Source of the DNA: Macrostomum lignano | Taxonomy: Eukaryota | Direction: 5' to 3' | NCBI GenBank assembly: GCA_002269645.1 | Contig: NIVC01000728.1 | Span: 250,422 to 314,421 of the forward strand | Length of the DNA stretch: 64,000 bases | Shown: one piece after another, positions 36,209-50,010 of the stretch | Position numbering within the stretch: position 1 is the stretch's first letter | Layout: every line of letters starts with the position of its first letter | The notes under the pieces: generated by a model | What the model saw: only the letters and a program-made list of their open reading frames with translations | Told to the model about the DNA's origin: nothing | The model's database searches: none | Made by a program: the position numbers and the translations under genes

Positions 36209-38114
36209 GACTTCCTACTGCCGTACCGCTCTTTAATCCTCTGGTCAATGCAGCTTGCCCATTCAGAAACTCCTCTTCCCATTCCAGTGTATGCCGGAGT
36301 CAAAGTAAAATAAATGCAGAACCTGTTTCACCCCGCATCCGCAGCCTTTTCTCCCAAGTTGTTATGCAAATTCAATCACATCTATCAGGCCTATGAGATC
36401 TTCAAAATGAGGTCTGTAATATGGGCGTTCTCTCAGTCACTGCGGCCAGTTTGCCTTGGAAGGGCTGATGTCGCTTATAAAACCGACTCTTCTTATTCAG
36501 ATCCCGGTGGTCCTTCATCTGATGCTGAGTCTCTCTCTCAGTTGGCTTGGGGGTGGCGATAACGTGCTGCTTCTGAATCTGCAAGTTTTATCCTAATCCG
36601 GTCTGTACTGTCTCCGCGCATTTCTCCTCATCAGGCCCCTCAGCCTGGGTGTCTCAATATCCGGGATTTAATTAAAAAGCATAGCGCGGTCATATTTTAT
36701 GCCAATAGGCACGGTTTAGCCAGGGAACGTGAGATGTGGGGAGGGAAGTCTCTACAGAAGAATAAGATTCGATGACAATGAACAGTGCTTCATCTCCAGT
36801 GTTTTCTCCCAGACCACTTGAAGTTGCGAAGATCTCGAACAACAGGTGACTGCTCTGGCGAGGCGGGGGCCCTTGACAGTGCTCAGTGTTAGCATAGCCT
36901 TGGGGATCTAAAAAATCTATGGTTGAATAGCCGGCACAAGTGGCTCCCCGGGTGCCTAGACAACTCCCAGTGTAAATGCCATCTAATATATAAAAAATGA
37001 GCACAAGTGCTCAGTGCCTAGCCTAACCCTGGTAGCCGATCCGTGCCTAATAAATCATTCCAGCTAGTCGGATGACGTAATCACCAGACTTAACGTGCCG
37101 CGACCAAGCCAACCAACCAGCCGTAGTTTATTCATCCAGGACTTTGACGCTTCATAGGTAATTATCGCATCCAGGATTCTTGCGCCATCCGCCAGAGCCT
37201 CTTCCCGAATTTCTCTGCAAAATCGCACCTGCCGCCAAAGAAAAATTTCTCGCTCAGCTCCAAGAAAATTAGCTGTGAGCAGCTGACGTGCTGAGGGAGG
37301 GGGCCGTACCGGCAGCTGCGGCGCCGCATGCGCTAATCCGTAGGGTCGGGGGTTGTGCTGAGCCAGACGCAACGTGCCAAACTTCAGCAGTAGGTTGGAC
37401 TAATTATTCTCAGATTATAGCACCCACACCGCAAAGGCCCAGGTGCGAGCATGGACCAGTAAAAGTAAAGAAGGACGCTACGCTGACGACAAATTTCACT
37501 TCTTACTTCGAAATGAATTTCTTCTAAAACTGATTCTAAATTTTTTATGATTTTTTGGCATTTTGCGCGCTCTCGTTGACATGGTCCCACAGCCAGTGCT
37601 GACGGCAGTTCTGCCCATTACGCTGACTTCTGAGCATTCGGAGTTTGCGTTCGGAATGCTGCTTCGCCCCCCCCCCCCCACCACCTTAGCTGGGACATCT
37701 GGTCCTCGGCTGGGAGCCGCCTGCCAAGAGGAAACGCTTGCAGCTCCCGGGAAAAATAAAATAAAAACTCAAAAAGAAGCTCAGAAAGCAGCGCCGACTT
37801 TTTCCTGCTCTCCAGAGTAGCGGAGCGGAGTGTTATTCTCCTAGGAGTCTTGTAAGCCGGATGCCAGACAGCCGTAGCCCGGTAGTCTCTGTACTGCGCC
37901 GGGTCTCCCGCTGATGAAAAAGACTGCGCAAGGCAAGGATGATAGATTAAGATCCAGGGGGGGGGGGCAGGGAGAGGCTGTGGATGCAAAAACCTGGCGC
38001 AGCGCTTGTCACAGGAAGCACTTGGAGCAAGCCCGTATCGGCCATCTCTCACTCTTGTGCTGCCGCGCTTCAAACAGGCCTGGCCTTGTCTGGGTTCCAG
38101 CATTGAGACTGTTT

Positions 38115-38672
38115 CTTCTCCTCTCTCTCTTCTCACCTCTCTCCTGCTCTCCCCTCTCTCCTGCTCTCCCCTCTCTCCTCCTCTCCCCTCTCTCCTTCTC
38201 TCCCCTCTCTCCTTCTCTACCCTCTCTCCTTCTCTACCCTCTCTCCTTCTCTACCCTCTCTCCTTCTCTACCCTCTCTCCTTCTCTACCCTCTCTCCTTC
38301 TCTACCCTCTCTCCTTCTCTACCCTCTCTCCTTCTCTACCCTCTCTCCTTCTCTACCCTCTCTCCTCCTCTACCCTCTCTCCTTCTCTACCCTCTCTCCT
38401 TATCTACCCTCTCTCCTTATCTACCCTCTCTCCTTCTCTACCCTCTCTCCTTCTCTACCCTCTCTCCTTCTCTACCCTCTCTCCTTCTCTACCCTCTCTC
38501 CTTCTCTACCCTCTCTCCTCCTCTACCCTCTCTCCTTCTCTACCCTCTCTCCTTATCTACCCTCTCTCCTTATCTACCCTCTCTCCTTCTCTACCCTCTC
38601 TCCTTCTCTACCCTCTCTCCTTCTCTACCCTCTCTCCTTCTCTACCCTCTCTCCTTCTCTACCCTCTCTCCC
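38115..38672 (+). repeat. 17-bp pyrimidine minisatellite (CTCTACCCTCTCTCCTT)
   Basis: Visible. Confidence 0.95.
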
Positions 38673-40572
38673 CTTTTCTCCCCTTTTCTGTCACCTCCTT
38701 TTCTGTCTAATTTTGATTAGGACAATTTTTAAGCAGCGACAATTCGAAAAGATCCCGTGAATCTATTTGTTAGCAGATAATTTTTCTCATCGAATTTCTA
38801 CACGCATGCGGTATCCGGGGACTGGAGCAAGCATCGGTAGGCAGAAATCCGATCCGACATTTCAACATTTTATCTGCTAGATTCGGAACAAAATCCCAAA
38901 GTGGATGGCGGTCGATTATTTCCCCATTCCCCTTGCACCTTAGTAGAAGGCACCCGCCACCAACAGGACTCTGCTTTTGAGCCCGTATATTAAAGAGCTT
39001 GCAATACCCGCATCGTTTTGCATGTGGGGTCCGCGCCGCCCCTTTTCCCGGCCTGAACAGCTAGAAATCAGCCCAGCCAGTCAGTCTGGGTGCGGCTGGC
39101 ATAATGAGCGAAATGGAATTTACACACGGCCGCCCTTGAGCTTGATGATGGCGGATGATGTCGTAGATTGTTGGAAGATTCTGAGAGAGGCTTGAGCAGA
39201 GGACAGATATAGGTAAGACTAGCCGGACGACTGGACAATATTGAGCAGGGCTGCGCTTGTGTTGCCTTCTTCGTACCCTCATCATAATGAGACTAAGATG
39301 AGGTGACTCAGACTCAAAGTTCGAATATCGCTAGCTTAGTTGCATTGTTGGAACCTGCTGTGGCAGGCTTAGCATTCTCATATAGTCCCTTAGTTAGCAT
39401 CTCAGGCCTGGCCTCTCTGTAGGCCGTGTGCTAAAGTTTGTTGTTCCTTTTTTGAAAAGTCTATTATTGAATATAACACTTACATAGCTAGCACTACAGA
39501 ACTAGGGAAACCATGTGTTGCTTCTAGTTCTAGTCAAAACACCTGACAAAAAGAAGCAAGACTGTTTGACGCGAAGGTTAAAACGCCCCCCGTCTTTTAG
39601 GGAGGGAAAAGACATTTTTTAAAGGAAAAAGTCAGTCGCCATCACTTTGGAGGCTTGGCTGGCTGGAGTAGAGAAGCTGGGACTCTACCCGTTTTTGCAG
39701 CTCTTCTGCGACTGAGTTCTTATTCCCAGATCCCTACTGCGGTGGGCAGCCTTTTACGCCCATCTGCGCGTAGTGGGCTGGACCTGGCTAAGTCTCTTGC
39801 CTCATAGAAAATGGGATTTGAAACTGGGAAAGCCTAGTTAAAGCCTGATGGCGACTGCAGATGCTTGGAAGCAACTCTTTTTCTGTCTCTCTCTCTCCCC
39901 CACTCTGCTAGCGGGCTGCAGTCCAATGCTGAGGTGGGGGCTGAGGAGAAAGCTGAGCAACAATGGGCCAGCGGACCAATGACAAGCTGGGAAGAGTCTC
40001 AATGCAGCAAAGAGAGAGAGAGAGAGCAAAATCTCATCGTTAGTAGGCGGAGTGGGGTGGCTGCCGGGCCCGCAGCCCCTCAGCGGGCCAACCCCCACCC
40101 ACACCACCCCGGCCTCAGATATATTGCTATTAAGCATATAGTACCGGAGTCCATGGCCCCACCAATCCATTGCAAAAGCCAAACCGGCAGGACAAAATTC
40201 AATACGGTAGCCCTTGACAGAAGCTTCTCTCTCTCTCTTATTGGTCCTTTCTTTGGTTCCGCGCGGTGCAGAGAGACAGGCAGAAGAAAGACAGGCAAAA
40301 GATACAAAAGCAAAGCCTCCCCATTATTTGGCTGGTCGGCGGCAGACGCTTTGTGAACTACTTATTGTGTAGGACAATAATCCACCGAGATCCATTCACA
40401 GAGGCTTATTATACTGCTCCCCCATCTGTCTCTCTATTGTCAACGTAATAATTGAGTTATTGTTTAAGCCCACCCAATTCAGAATTGATTCGCGCCCCGG
40501 CTCAGCCAGAAGAATAAAGACATCGTCTAGGACAGAAGTAGGAGAAGAGAGGGCAAATAAAAATCTATAAAA

Positions 40573-40593
40573 ATGACGGCAGAGCTGCACATC

Positions 40594-40637
<44 letters not shown>

Positions 40638-40983
40638 ACAGCAGCAACATCATTTGCTTCGCGATGCTTACTCAGGCCAGCATCCCGCGTACGGTCGCTA
40701 CGACATGTACCCGGACTTCTGCTACCATTCGCTGCACCACCAGCAGCAGCAACAGTACCAGCTGCTCCAGCATCAGCATTTGCAGCCTCAGCAGCTGCAG
40801 CCGGACGATCTTAGACAGCATCATCTTCTTGGCGTTGGCGGCGTTCAGGGCGGCGGCGGCGACGGCGGAGACAATAGCTTGAGCGGAGACTCGTGCAACG
40901 GCGGCGGTGCCGGCGGCGGAGACATGGGCGAGGACATGTCGCCTGCGTCAACTCCCGCGATGGCGTCTAATAACTCTGCTTCA
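40573..40983 (+). CDS. SoxB1: Probable SoxB1 coding exon 1 (polyQ/His/Gly-rich N-terminus)
   Basis: ATG at 40573 (MTAELHIQ18...); ends at phase-0 donor TCA|GTGAGT (40984); phase-compatible with the acceptor at 42971-42972. Confidence 0.65.
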
Positions 40984-40989
40984 GTGAGT

Positions 40990-41512
40990 GACAGGGGACG
41001 TAGGACAGTGGACAGGGGACATAGGACAGTGGACAGAGGACAGTGGACAGAGGACATAGGACAGTGGATAGGGGACATAGGAAAGTGGACAGGGGACATA
41101 GGACAGTGGACAGGGAAAATAGGACAGTGGACAGGGGACATAGGACAGTGGACAGGGGACATAGGACAGGGGACATAGGACAGGGGACATAGGACAGGGG
41201 ACATAGGACAGGGGACATAGGACAGGGGACATAGGACAGGGGACATAGGACAGGAGACATAGGATAATCGAGAGGGGATATAAGACGGCGAACATGAAAT
41301 AGGGGACAGGGGACATAAGACGGGCATAAGACAGGGGACATAGAACAAGGGAAATAAGACAGGGGACATAAGACATGGGACATAAGACAGGGGACATAAG
41401 ACAGGGGACATAAGAGAGAGGACATAAGACAGGGGACATAAGAGAGAGGACATAAGACAGGGGACATAAGACAGGGGAGTTAAGACAGGTGAGATAAGAC
41501 AGGTGACAAGTG
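40990..41512 (+). repeat. 14-21 bp purine-rich minisatellite (GACAGGGGACATA[AG]) at the start of the SoxB1 intron
   Basis: Visible. Confidence 0.93.
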
Positions 41513-42371
41513 AGAAGGACTATAGGGCTGGGACAGGTGCTCGCTGGCTTCACTTTAGCCTCTCAACCAGCGAGCCCCCCGCAGCGCAGTGGCTCCCCTC
41601 CGCTTTTGCGTCGTAGTTCTTAATGAAAAAAATTCGCTCCATCTTGTCGTTATTATATTAAAATTCTTGTCGCTCGGGCGGACCCCTTGGGGAGGGGGGC
41701 GGCGGCGGTGGGCGGCGAGTCCCCACATCCTGCATGCCAGCGCCGCGGGGGGTCCCATAGCAATAATTTTGGGTGGGTGGGGGGAGTTTGGGATCCCGCC
41801 TCTGCTCCGCTCTCCATCCCCCCTTCGAGTTGTCAACCCTTAGTGAGCGCCATCAGCCGTAGTGTTCCAGTCTGGCAGCTTGTCATGCCTAGGTAACTAG
41901 GCTACGGCTGCGCCCGTGGCCCATTGTCAGTCTCACCGTGTGCCGTACACTCTCAGCGGGGAATGAGGGAAGCAGAAAAAGTGATGGGAGTAAAGTAGAG
42001 AGACTGGCTGGCTGGCTGGCTTGCTGCAAATGTGTGGGGAAAGTCTCGCACGCAAAAGCACACCTGCGCGCCTCGAGAAAAAAAGCTGTCATTAGGGGCC
42101 CCCGGGGGTGCACTTCTGTCGAAGCAGTACTTGCCTCTCATCCTCTATGCTTTTTTCCCCGCTTTGCCGGGCAGGGGTAAGAATTTCAAGAGTCTTTTGC
42201 TAGTCAATATTCCTCAATTAAAAATGTGCATTTCACTCTGTAGGAGTTTGTGTTCTTGGGTAACTAACAGTTTTTGGATTTCGAACCCTCCCAGAAGCTT
42301 TTTCAGGGGCAGTTCTGTAAAATATTGGGCAGTTTTTGGTGGTAGGTTGGTATTTTAATCGGTAGTATGGT

Positions 42372-42472
42372 AGGTAGGTAAGTAGGTAGGTAGGTAGGTA
42401 GGTAGGTAGGTAGGTAGGTAGGTAGGTAGGTAGGTAGGTAGGTAGGTAGGTAGGTAGGTAGGTAGGTAGGTA
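42372..42472 (+). repeat. (GTAG)n microsatellite in the SoxB1 intron
   Basis: Visible. Confidence 0.95.
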
Positions 42473-42972
42473 GATCGGTAGTTTAGTCGGTCGGTGAGTT
42501 GATAGAAAAGTAAGTAAGTAGGGGATAAAAAGAACGGTTTAAAAACAGGTCCCTATAAGAATTTAACTCTCTAAGAATCCCACTCATTCTATACGAGTAC
42601 TTTTAATGAAAGATTTCTGAATATCACGAAGATAAAATCACCCTATGTACCTCATATAATTCTGCGTTACGTAATTTCCACACTTTACGGCAGTCTCCGG
42701 CTATCTATTGGGAACCAGTCAGTAATTATCCCTAGACACTGGGCCACAGGTGGCTTCAGACCAACTTTACCGCGCTCAAAGAGGGCCACCACTTGTTCTG
42801 CTGCAAGTTTTGCGTCATTAATGCCCGAAGAGTGGCAGAATATGAACACGCAGGGAGTCTTTCGGGTAGGGGTGGAGTTGACGCAAAACTCCCTATTCAG
42901 GCGCAGATGGGTGAACGCTCTGTAACATTCACTTTCATCCCCCCCCCCCCCCTGCCGCCTGTGCCTTTGCAG

Positions 42973-43428
42973 TGCACCCCTGTCGGCCACCTGAGCCTGC
43001 TGTCTCCGGCAATGACGTCATCGGTGAAGGGCTCCGCCGGAACCGCCGCATCTGGAGGCGACTCGTCTGGCCGAAAGGACGACCGCGTCAAGCGCCCAAT
43101 GAACGCCTTCATGGTGTGGAGCCGGGGTCAGCGCCGGAAGATGGCCCAGGAGAACCCGAAGATGCACAACTCGGAAATCAGCAAGCGTCTCGGCGCCGAG
43201 TGGAAGAGTCTCAGCGAGACTGAGAAGCGCCCGTTCATTGATGAGGCCAAGCGACTGCGCGCCATCCACATGAAGGACCACCCGGACTATAAGTACCGGC
43301 CGAGGCGCAAGACGAAGACCCTGCTGAAGCGGCAGGATCGCTATACGGCTGCGGCCCCTGGAGCAGCCGTTGCCCAGCCTCTGCCTAGGGAATTGTACAG
43401 CACCCAGCCGTACATGCCTCATCACCAG

Positions 43429-43496
<68 letters not shown>

Positions 43497-43929
43497 GCAG
43501 CAACAGCAACCGCAGCAGTACCATCATCACCATCATCACCTGGGCAGCATGGATCCGACTGCGGCCTACCATCATCATCACCAGCAGCAGCAGCAGCAGG
43601 CAGCCTCCAACATGATGAACATGTCGCACTATGGCAGCTACCTGCCGCACCTGCCAGCCGCCTACGCCGCCTACGCAGCTCCAGGCATGTCAGGAATGGT
43701 TGGCGGCCCCGGCTACATGACAGCCGCCGCCGCCGCGGCCTCCTCCTACATGCTCAAACAGGAGACTGGCAGCGCCGGCAGTCCAGCAGGCAGCATCGGT
43801 GGCGGCGGCGGTGGCAGCCAGTCGCCGACCCCGCTGGTTCAGGCAGGATTCGCCGAGCACCTGTGCATGCAGTACATGCAGAATGGTCAGAGCAGTCCCG
43901 ACAATCTGCCCACCATCGGCAGCATATGA
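42973..43929 (+). CDS. SoxB1: SoxB1-group HMG-box transcription factor, exon containing the HMG box
   Basis: [83 protein letters not shown] is nearly identical to the SOX1/2/3 HMG box plus group B motif. Acceptor poly-C...TTTGCAG at 42971-42972. PolyQ of ~28. Confidence 0.95.
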
Positions 43930-45653
43930 GCTGAGACCAGATGGACGCAGACAGACAAGCAGAGAGTGCACAGACCAATGAAGAGTTTGGATTTTGTTTG
44001 TTATAATTATTACTTGACTTGGCCCCAGTTCCCGCTGTGTTTGCTTTCATCTCCCCGTCTCGTGCTCGTCAGATAACTGTGCATATTATTAACTAGTTAT
44101 TATATTATTGCTGTCATTCGCTTATTGTTAATTGGTTTCTGTTGCTTCTCTCGTCTTTTGCTGGCCAACTTTCAGGTGTTGAGCAGTTGTTGTCTCTGCG
44201 CACAGGATCCGCTGGGACCCCACATTCCCTGTCCGAAAAGCATCGTCTTTTTTTCTGCGTTTGCGTTTCCGTCTTCAATCGGCCACTTTTTTCGATCTGT
44301 CAATCAGCGCATATTTATTCCAAAATCAGTTCTTTTATCAGCTGGTTACTAAGGGAAAATTCAAATTTTAAGCACCTGAGTGATGGCACCTGCATTTTGA
44401 CTATCCTGTACCAGCAGCTCCATCAGAGTCCGTTCCAAGCTTAAAACCACTTTTTTTCTATTGTGGCTTCTGAAACAGTTTAATTCTTTCTGAAACAGAA
44501 AGGGTGAATCACTGATCTTGTCTGCGCTTTAACGACAAGATGTTCCTTCCCTTTGTTCGATTGCTTGCGCTTGCTTGTGAAAGAAGATTTTTAACACACT
44601 GGCATAAAATATTTCTATATGCATAAATACACACACACATATCCTACTATGCATACAACTTTATGAACTGAAATCTGTTGTGCATTGTGAAAATCCAAAA
44701 CGACAATCCAGAATGATGCAACACTTGTTTTTTGTCTTTTAGAAAATGTCAAATTTCTTAGCATTTTTCATGCTCCTCCACCTCTCCCTTCCGCAGTTTC
44801 AATTTTTTTTGCATTCTTTATCAGAATTGAAAGCAGCAAACAGAAGATTCGAATCTCTCATTGTGGATTCGCATTGGTCAGTCCCATGCCAGATTTTGAG
44901 TCACGCAGATTTCCAAAACCTGCTTCTTTAGAATTCAATTGAGGAGGCCTCGCGGTCTTTGTGCCAAAGATAATCAGCGGCGCAGTTTCGGGCGGGGCAG
45001 CTCCTTTTCTGCTTCTAAAAGAAGGAATAAAGAAAAATCTCAGCTCTGACTGTCACATTTTTTTCTCAACCCCCCCCCCCCATCGTTTGGTGGGCCTCGG
45101 TCCCCAATCCCCCTGATTGAAATGGCGGATCGCCCGCAGCCATCAGGCTTTGTCACGGGCAATGAAAAAAGGCGGATCACTTGTTGCAGATTCTGCTTTT
45201 ATCTGACTCAACAAAAGGAGGCCATGAGCAGCGCTGCACCACTGCTGCCTCATCTCGCTCACCCCCCCCCCCCCCTGATTGCCAGCCAGTGTCTCCGGGG
45301 CTCCACTCAAGATTTCATTTAATTGAAATTATTAATTCACCCTGTATTGGCTGCAGAATCTCTGGCTGATTTTTTTTCAGCAGCTTGAAGCAGCAGATCT
45401 GGGGGGATATTTGCCTAAATTTAAGCTGTAAATTTCCTGTGCACTGAGACTCGGATTGTCAATCAATTGAAATATCATCTATATCGGAGCTCGGCTCTCG
45501 GTGTAAGGTCTAATCTAGCTAATTCTAATGATTGACAGACAAAATCAAAATTTGACAATCTGTGAGAACATCTAACCTCTAAGAGAAGCCTCTGGCAGTT
45601 CTCTTCTCCAAAATATCTTCTTGCAATTTCAAAATGAAGGAATTCTATGCATC

Positions 45654-45846
45654 AGATTCTCATGGTTCTCATGATTCTCATGGTTCTCAGGATTCTCAGG
45701 ATTTACAGGATTCTCATGATTCTCAGGATTCTCAGGATTCTCAGGATTCTCAGGATTCTCAGGATTCTCAGGATTCTCAGGATTCTCATGATTCTCAGGA
45801 TTCTCAGGATTCTCAGGATTCTCAAGATCTCAGGATTCTCATGATT
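45654..45846 (+). repeat. 9-bp minisatellite (GATTCTCAG)
   Basis: Visible. Confidence 0.95.
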
Positions 45847-47478
45847 CCAGTATTCAAGCAGTTTAGAGGGCTAATGCGCAGCTCAACCCGTGTTTCAGTG
45901 ACACAAGCGTGCATTTCACAGCACGGAAATGGTAAGCATGGTTTCCTACGGAATCCTTTTGGATAGAGAATGCACGAATACGCCTTGCTTACGCATACCG
46001 GATTGGAATAACCAGCTCATAGGTAGAGCGTGAATTCATATTCTTATAAAAATACTAACGTATCTGCTAATATAAACACATCTTCAGGTAGAGATTTTAC
46101 CTGCTTAACCAGGCGCAGATATTGCAGCAACAGTGTATGGATGTGCAGTCTGTGCTGGGCTGTTCCATTAGGGTGTGAAATTAAGGCTGCGGCTGTCTAC
46201 CCCAACACCATCGCAAGGATTTGGGTGCATCAGCCGCCTGCAAGGTCTGCTGGAGACTCAGCGCTCTTCCCTGTCTATATATATATCTTATTGAGACGGA
46301 CAGGTGCCAAAGTAGGGTGTCAAAGTGCCGATTCTCAAATGGTTTCTCATGGTGAATCCTGATTCCTGAAATGGTTTTTTTAAGAAAATGAGCCTTTTAA
46401 TTGTTTTAATGAGCCTTTTAAGACTTAATGGGATTGTGGAGGAAGTGAAAAATGCAAATTTAAACCCCTTCATAAGAACTACTAACAAACTAAAGTATTT
46501 CAGATGTCAAGAGAGTAGTGTATCCCTGGATCCAAAGCCAACATGCTACAGTATTGATACACAGACCCGTGATGTCTGCGGTAGTGCAGACAGGCGTACA
46601 ATAAAGCAAGTGCCGTACCAGTGTAACCCTCTATTCTACGTTAGTTAGTCGTAGCTCCGAATCCCAAGACAACAGAAAGAATGAACGCAGAGCAGCATAC
46701 TCACCCAATTGGCAACAGGCGCTGGCACACGCGGGCCGTTAAGCCTCAGTATGTCTCTAACGGGACTTGGTTTCTCTTTATTCAGTGTTTCAGTGTGCAA
46801 ATCGCACTAGATTGAGACTTCGCAGTAAGAGCTTTCCGGCTGACGAGGAGAGTGAATCAAAGCACGAAAAAGCGAAACCCCGCGCCACGGCCCGAGGAAG
46901 GGGGGTCCACAAGCCCTCCAACCCACCACCCCACCAAAAGGGGAAAGGAAACACCAGCCCGCCGCCGGCCCAGCCAATCAGAAATGTAGTAAACAACAAA
47001 AAGTACACGCAAGACACAAAATTTGTGACAATAAGGAGAACTGGGAAAGGGGGGTTAAACTACTAACGGCTAAAGATTAAGCCATACGAAAACTCAGTCT
47101 TGTGCATGGCGCATGAAGCGCCACAGCTTGAGCCAAGACGCAAGGGGGGACTAACTAACTGAGTCACCACAACGACTAAAGGATGGGGTGCCCTGTCCTT
47201 GCACTGAAACAAAAGTGCAAGAATACAACACGAGATTAAACTGAGGCAAGGATTATTGCTAATTTACTGGTCTCGCACGAGTCAATCATAATAGGCATAA
47301 AAGCAGGTGCCAAAGTCTATCCACTTCACCTAGACTTGATAGTGTTCGGCTTGTAGCGGAAACAGTCGTTAATAAAAAAGTAAAGACCTGAAAATTTCTC
47401 TAAAAACTGCACAGTATTCCACTCCTACAACAACGCAGTCTCAGTTTCGCTGGACAATGTCCAGTTTCCATGAAAACG

Positions 47479-49242
47479 TCACTCGCAAGAGTTGCTCAGC
47501 GGCTCGACCAGCCGGATGACCACCAGGCCGTGCTGACTGGCGCTGCCGCCCGTGGTGCCGCTGCAGCCGCTGCCGGAGCAGAAGGAGCCGCCGCCGCCTC
47601 CTGGGTAGCTCGCCCAGAAGTTGGTGGCGCCTCCGCTGAAGCCGCCGCCGGCCCCGGCAGCGCCAAAGTTGGGGTTTGTCGTGCCGCCGCCTCCACCGCC
47701 GCCGAACCCGCCGTTGCCGGTGTTGGAGCCGCCAGCGTCCCCGCCCAGCCAGCCTTCAGCCCGACTGCCGCCTCCGTCACCGTCGTCCGGTCCCCGCCTG
47801 GTGCACACCGGCTTCCCCAGCCAGCCGGCGCCGCAGCCAGCGAGGTTCTGGTTGCCGGTCATGGCGCTGGAGTCGTGGAAGCCCGGCTGTCCGTTGCTGC
47901 CGCCGTGGCTGTTTTGGTTTCCGCTCAGATCCGCGATGGAGCCGTTGACGCCGGCCTCTCCGGGCAGGCCTGCAAATTCGTTGCTCATGGCTCACCTTCA
48001 ATAAATCCAATATAACCGGCCAACAAAAACAAATAAAATTTGAGCAGCCCAATTTGGTAAGTTCAAGTTTTTTGCCACATGGAATCGAACTGATTTCGTG
48101 TTCGGACCTGATGTCAACTCTATCGAAAATTGACATCAACTGCAAACCAGGCACAAGAATAAGCTAAACACTTAAAAGTCGGAGAGCTTTTAGAAGATTT
48201 GCTTTCTGCAGTTTTTCCTGAAGAATTTTTGACTCACCAGCTGAGCTGTAGGTCCCGGCACCGCCGCCTCCGGCTGCAGCCAGCAGCAGCTCGTCTGCCG
48301 TCCGGTACACGAAGCTGCCGCCGCCTCCGCCGCCTCCCTTGTACTTCGAGCTAGGCGGACCGCCGGCCTGTCCGACCACGACGCTCAGCTGGGTGCCGGC
48401 CGTCAGGTTGAAGGCGCCGGACACGAAGGCGCCACTGCCGCCAGCCTTGCCTGAGAAGGAGTTGGTGCCGCCTCTGGCGCCCGACACTTCGATCCAATAG
48501 CAGCCGGTCGAGGGGATCGTCACGGACTGAATGGAGCCGGCCCTACCCGTGCCGCTGTCTGCAGTGAAAGAAGGCGCTGCAGATCAGATGTCAAGGTGCA
48601 GCAAATGCTTGAAGCACAGAAACTTTGCAAACATGAGCTTTTCCTCACTTTTGAGCTCAATGGTGACGTTCAGCATCCTCTTCCTCATCAGCATCAGCTC
48701 CGTGAAGTTCTCGGCCGCCCACAGCCTGGCGCCGGGCTCGGAGCCCACGAGTCTCTGCTCGTGAGTCCCAGCCGGTCCCGGCGCCTGAGACGCGTCGTTC
48801 AGCAGCAGCAGCTGGCAGACGCGCGAGCTGGGAATGAGCGAAGCCAGCAGGCAGCCCTTGCGTTGGCAAGCTGCCAGACACTCCAGCCGGGCCTGGACGC
48901 CAGTCAGGTTGACGAGTTCGCTGCTGGAGGTTTCGCTGATCAGGACGGGTCCGGTGACGGCAGTGAAGCAGCCGGATCGGTTCGCACCTGTTGGTTGGAG
49001 GAGATTCTGTGCATTGAAAACTGTGGCTGCGCCATCACAGCAGTTTACAAAGGTGGTTGACAACTCTAAAAATTTTCAATTCTTGATGTTTTGTAGGTTT
49101 AGAAATCTATTCAGATTTAGTTAAATAGAGACTACGTTACGCATTCGCAGGCGCTCAGTGCATTTGACAAACATGCATGAGAAGCCTCACCTGTCACGGT
49201 AGCCATGCAGCCGAACAGCAGCGCTAGAATTCCAGCTGGCAT
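47479..49242 (-). CDS. Secreted PAN/Apple + ALK/LTK-like glycine-rich domain protein; exons 49242-49191, 49065-48649, 48576-48238, 47969-47479 (432 aa)
   Basis: All three introns are GT..AG and phase 1, giving a continuous ORF. Signal peptide MPAGILALLFGCMATVT; PAN-like CLAACQRKGCLLASLIPSSRVCQL; GSIQSVTIPSTGCYWIEVSGARGG, GQAGG, GGGGGSFVY, LLLAAAGGGGA, GGFGGGGG, GAGGGFSGG, GGGGSF are typical of the ALK/LTK glycine-rich domain. Confidence 0.85.
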
Positions 49243-49435
49243 TTCCAAATGTTTCGAATTTCTCCGCTTGTCTTCACCTGTGAAATCCTCAGCTTCTTCG
49301 GATGTTAATCTTAGGGAGCTCAGACTGCTCTGGGAGTTAAGCTTTCATGTTGAGACTGGGTTCATTTATTTGATATTTTTGTTTCCTTGGATACCGATAA
49401 GTGGCTGAGGATGGTTGGGCCATCTTCATTGGCTA

Positions 49436-50010
49436 GTTTGGCGCTAAAATTGGTGACTTATAATTTGATATATTTGGCGCTAAAATTGGTGACTTATAAT
49501 TTGATATATTTGGCGCTAAAATTGGTGACTTATAATTTGATATATTTGGCGCTAAAATTGGTGACTTATAATTTGATATATTTGGCGCTAAAATTGGCGA
49601 CTTATAATTTGATATATTTGGCGCTAAAATTGGTGACTTATAATTTGATATATTTGGCGCTAAAATTGGCGACTTATAATTTGATATATTTGGCGCTAAA
49701 ATTGGTGACTTATAATTTGATATATTTGGCGCTAAAATTGGCGACTTATAATTTGATATATTTGGCGCTAAAATTGGTGACTTATAATTTGATATATTTG
49801 GCGCTAAAATTGGTGACTTATAATTTGATATATTTGGCGCTAAAATTGGTGACTTATAATTTGATATATTTGGCGCTAAAATTGGTGACTTATAATTTGA
49901 TATATTTGGCGCTAAAATTGGTGACTTATAATTTGATATATTTGGCGCTAAAATTGGTGACTTATAATTTGATATATTTGGCGCTAAAATTGGTGACTTA
50001 TAATTTGATA
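49436..50010 (+). repeat. 36-bp minisatellite (TTTGGCGCTAAAATTGGTGACTTATAATTTGATATA), ~16 units
   Basis: Visible; lies just upstream of the glycine-rich gene. Confidence 0.97.
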
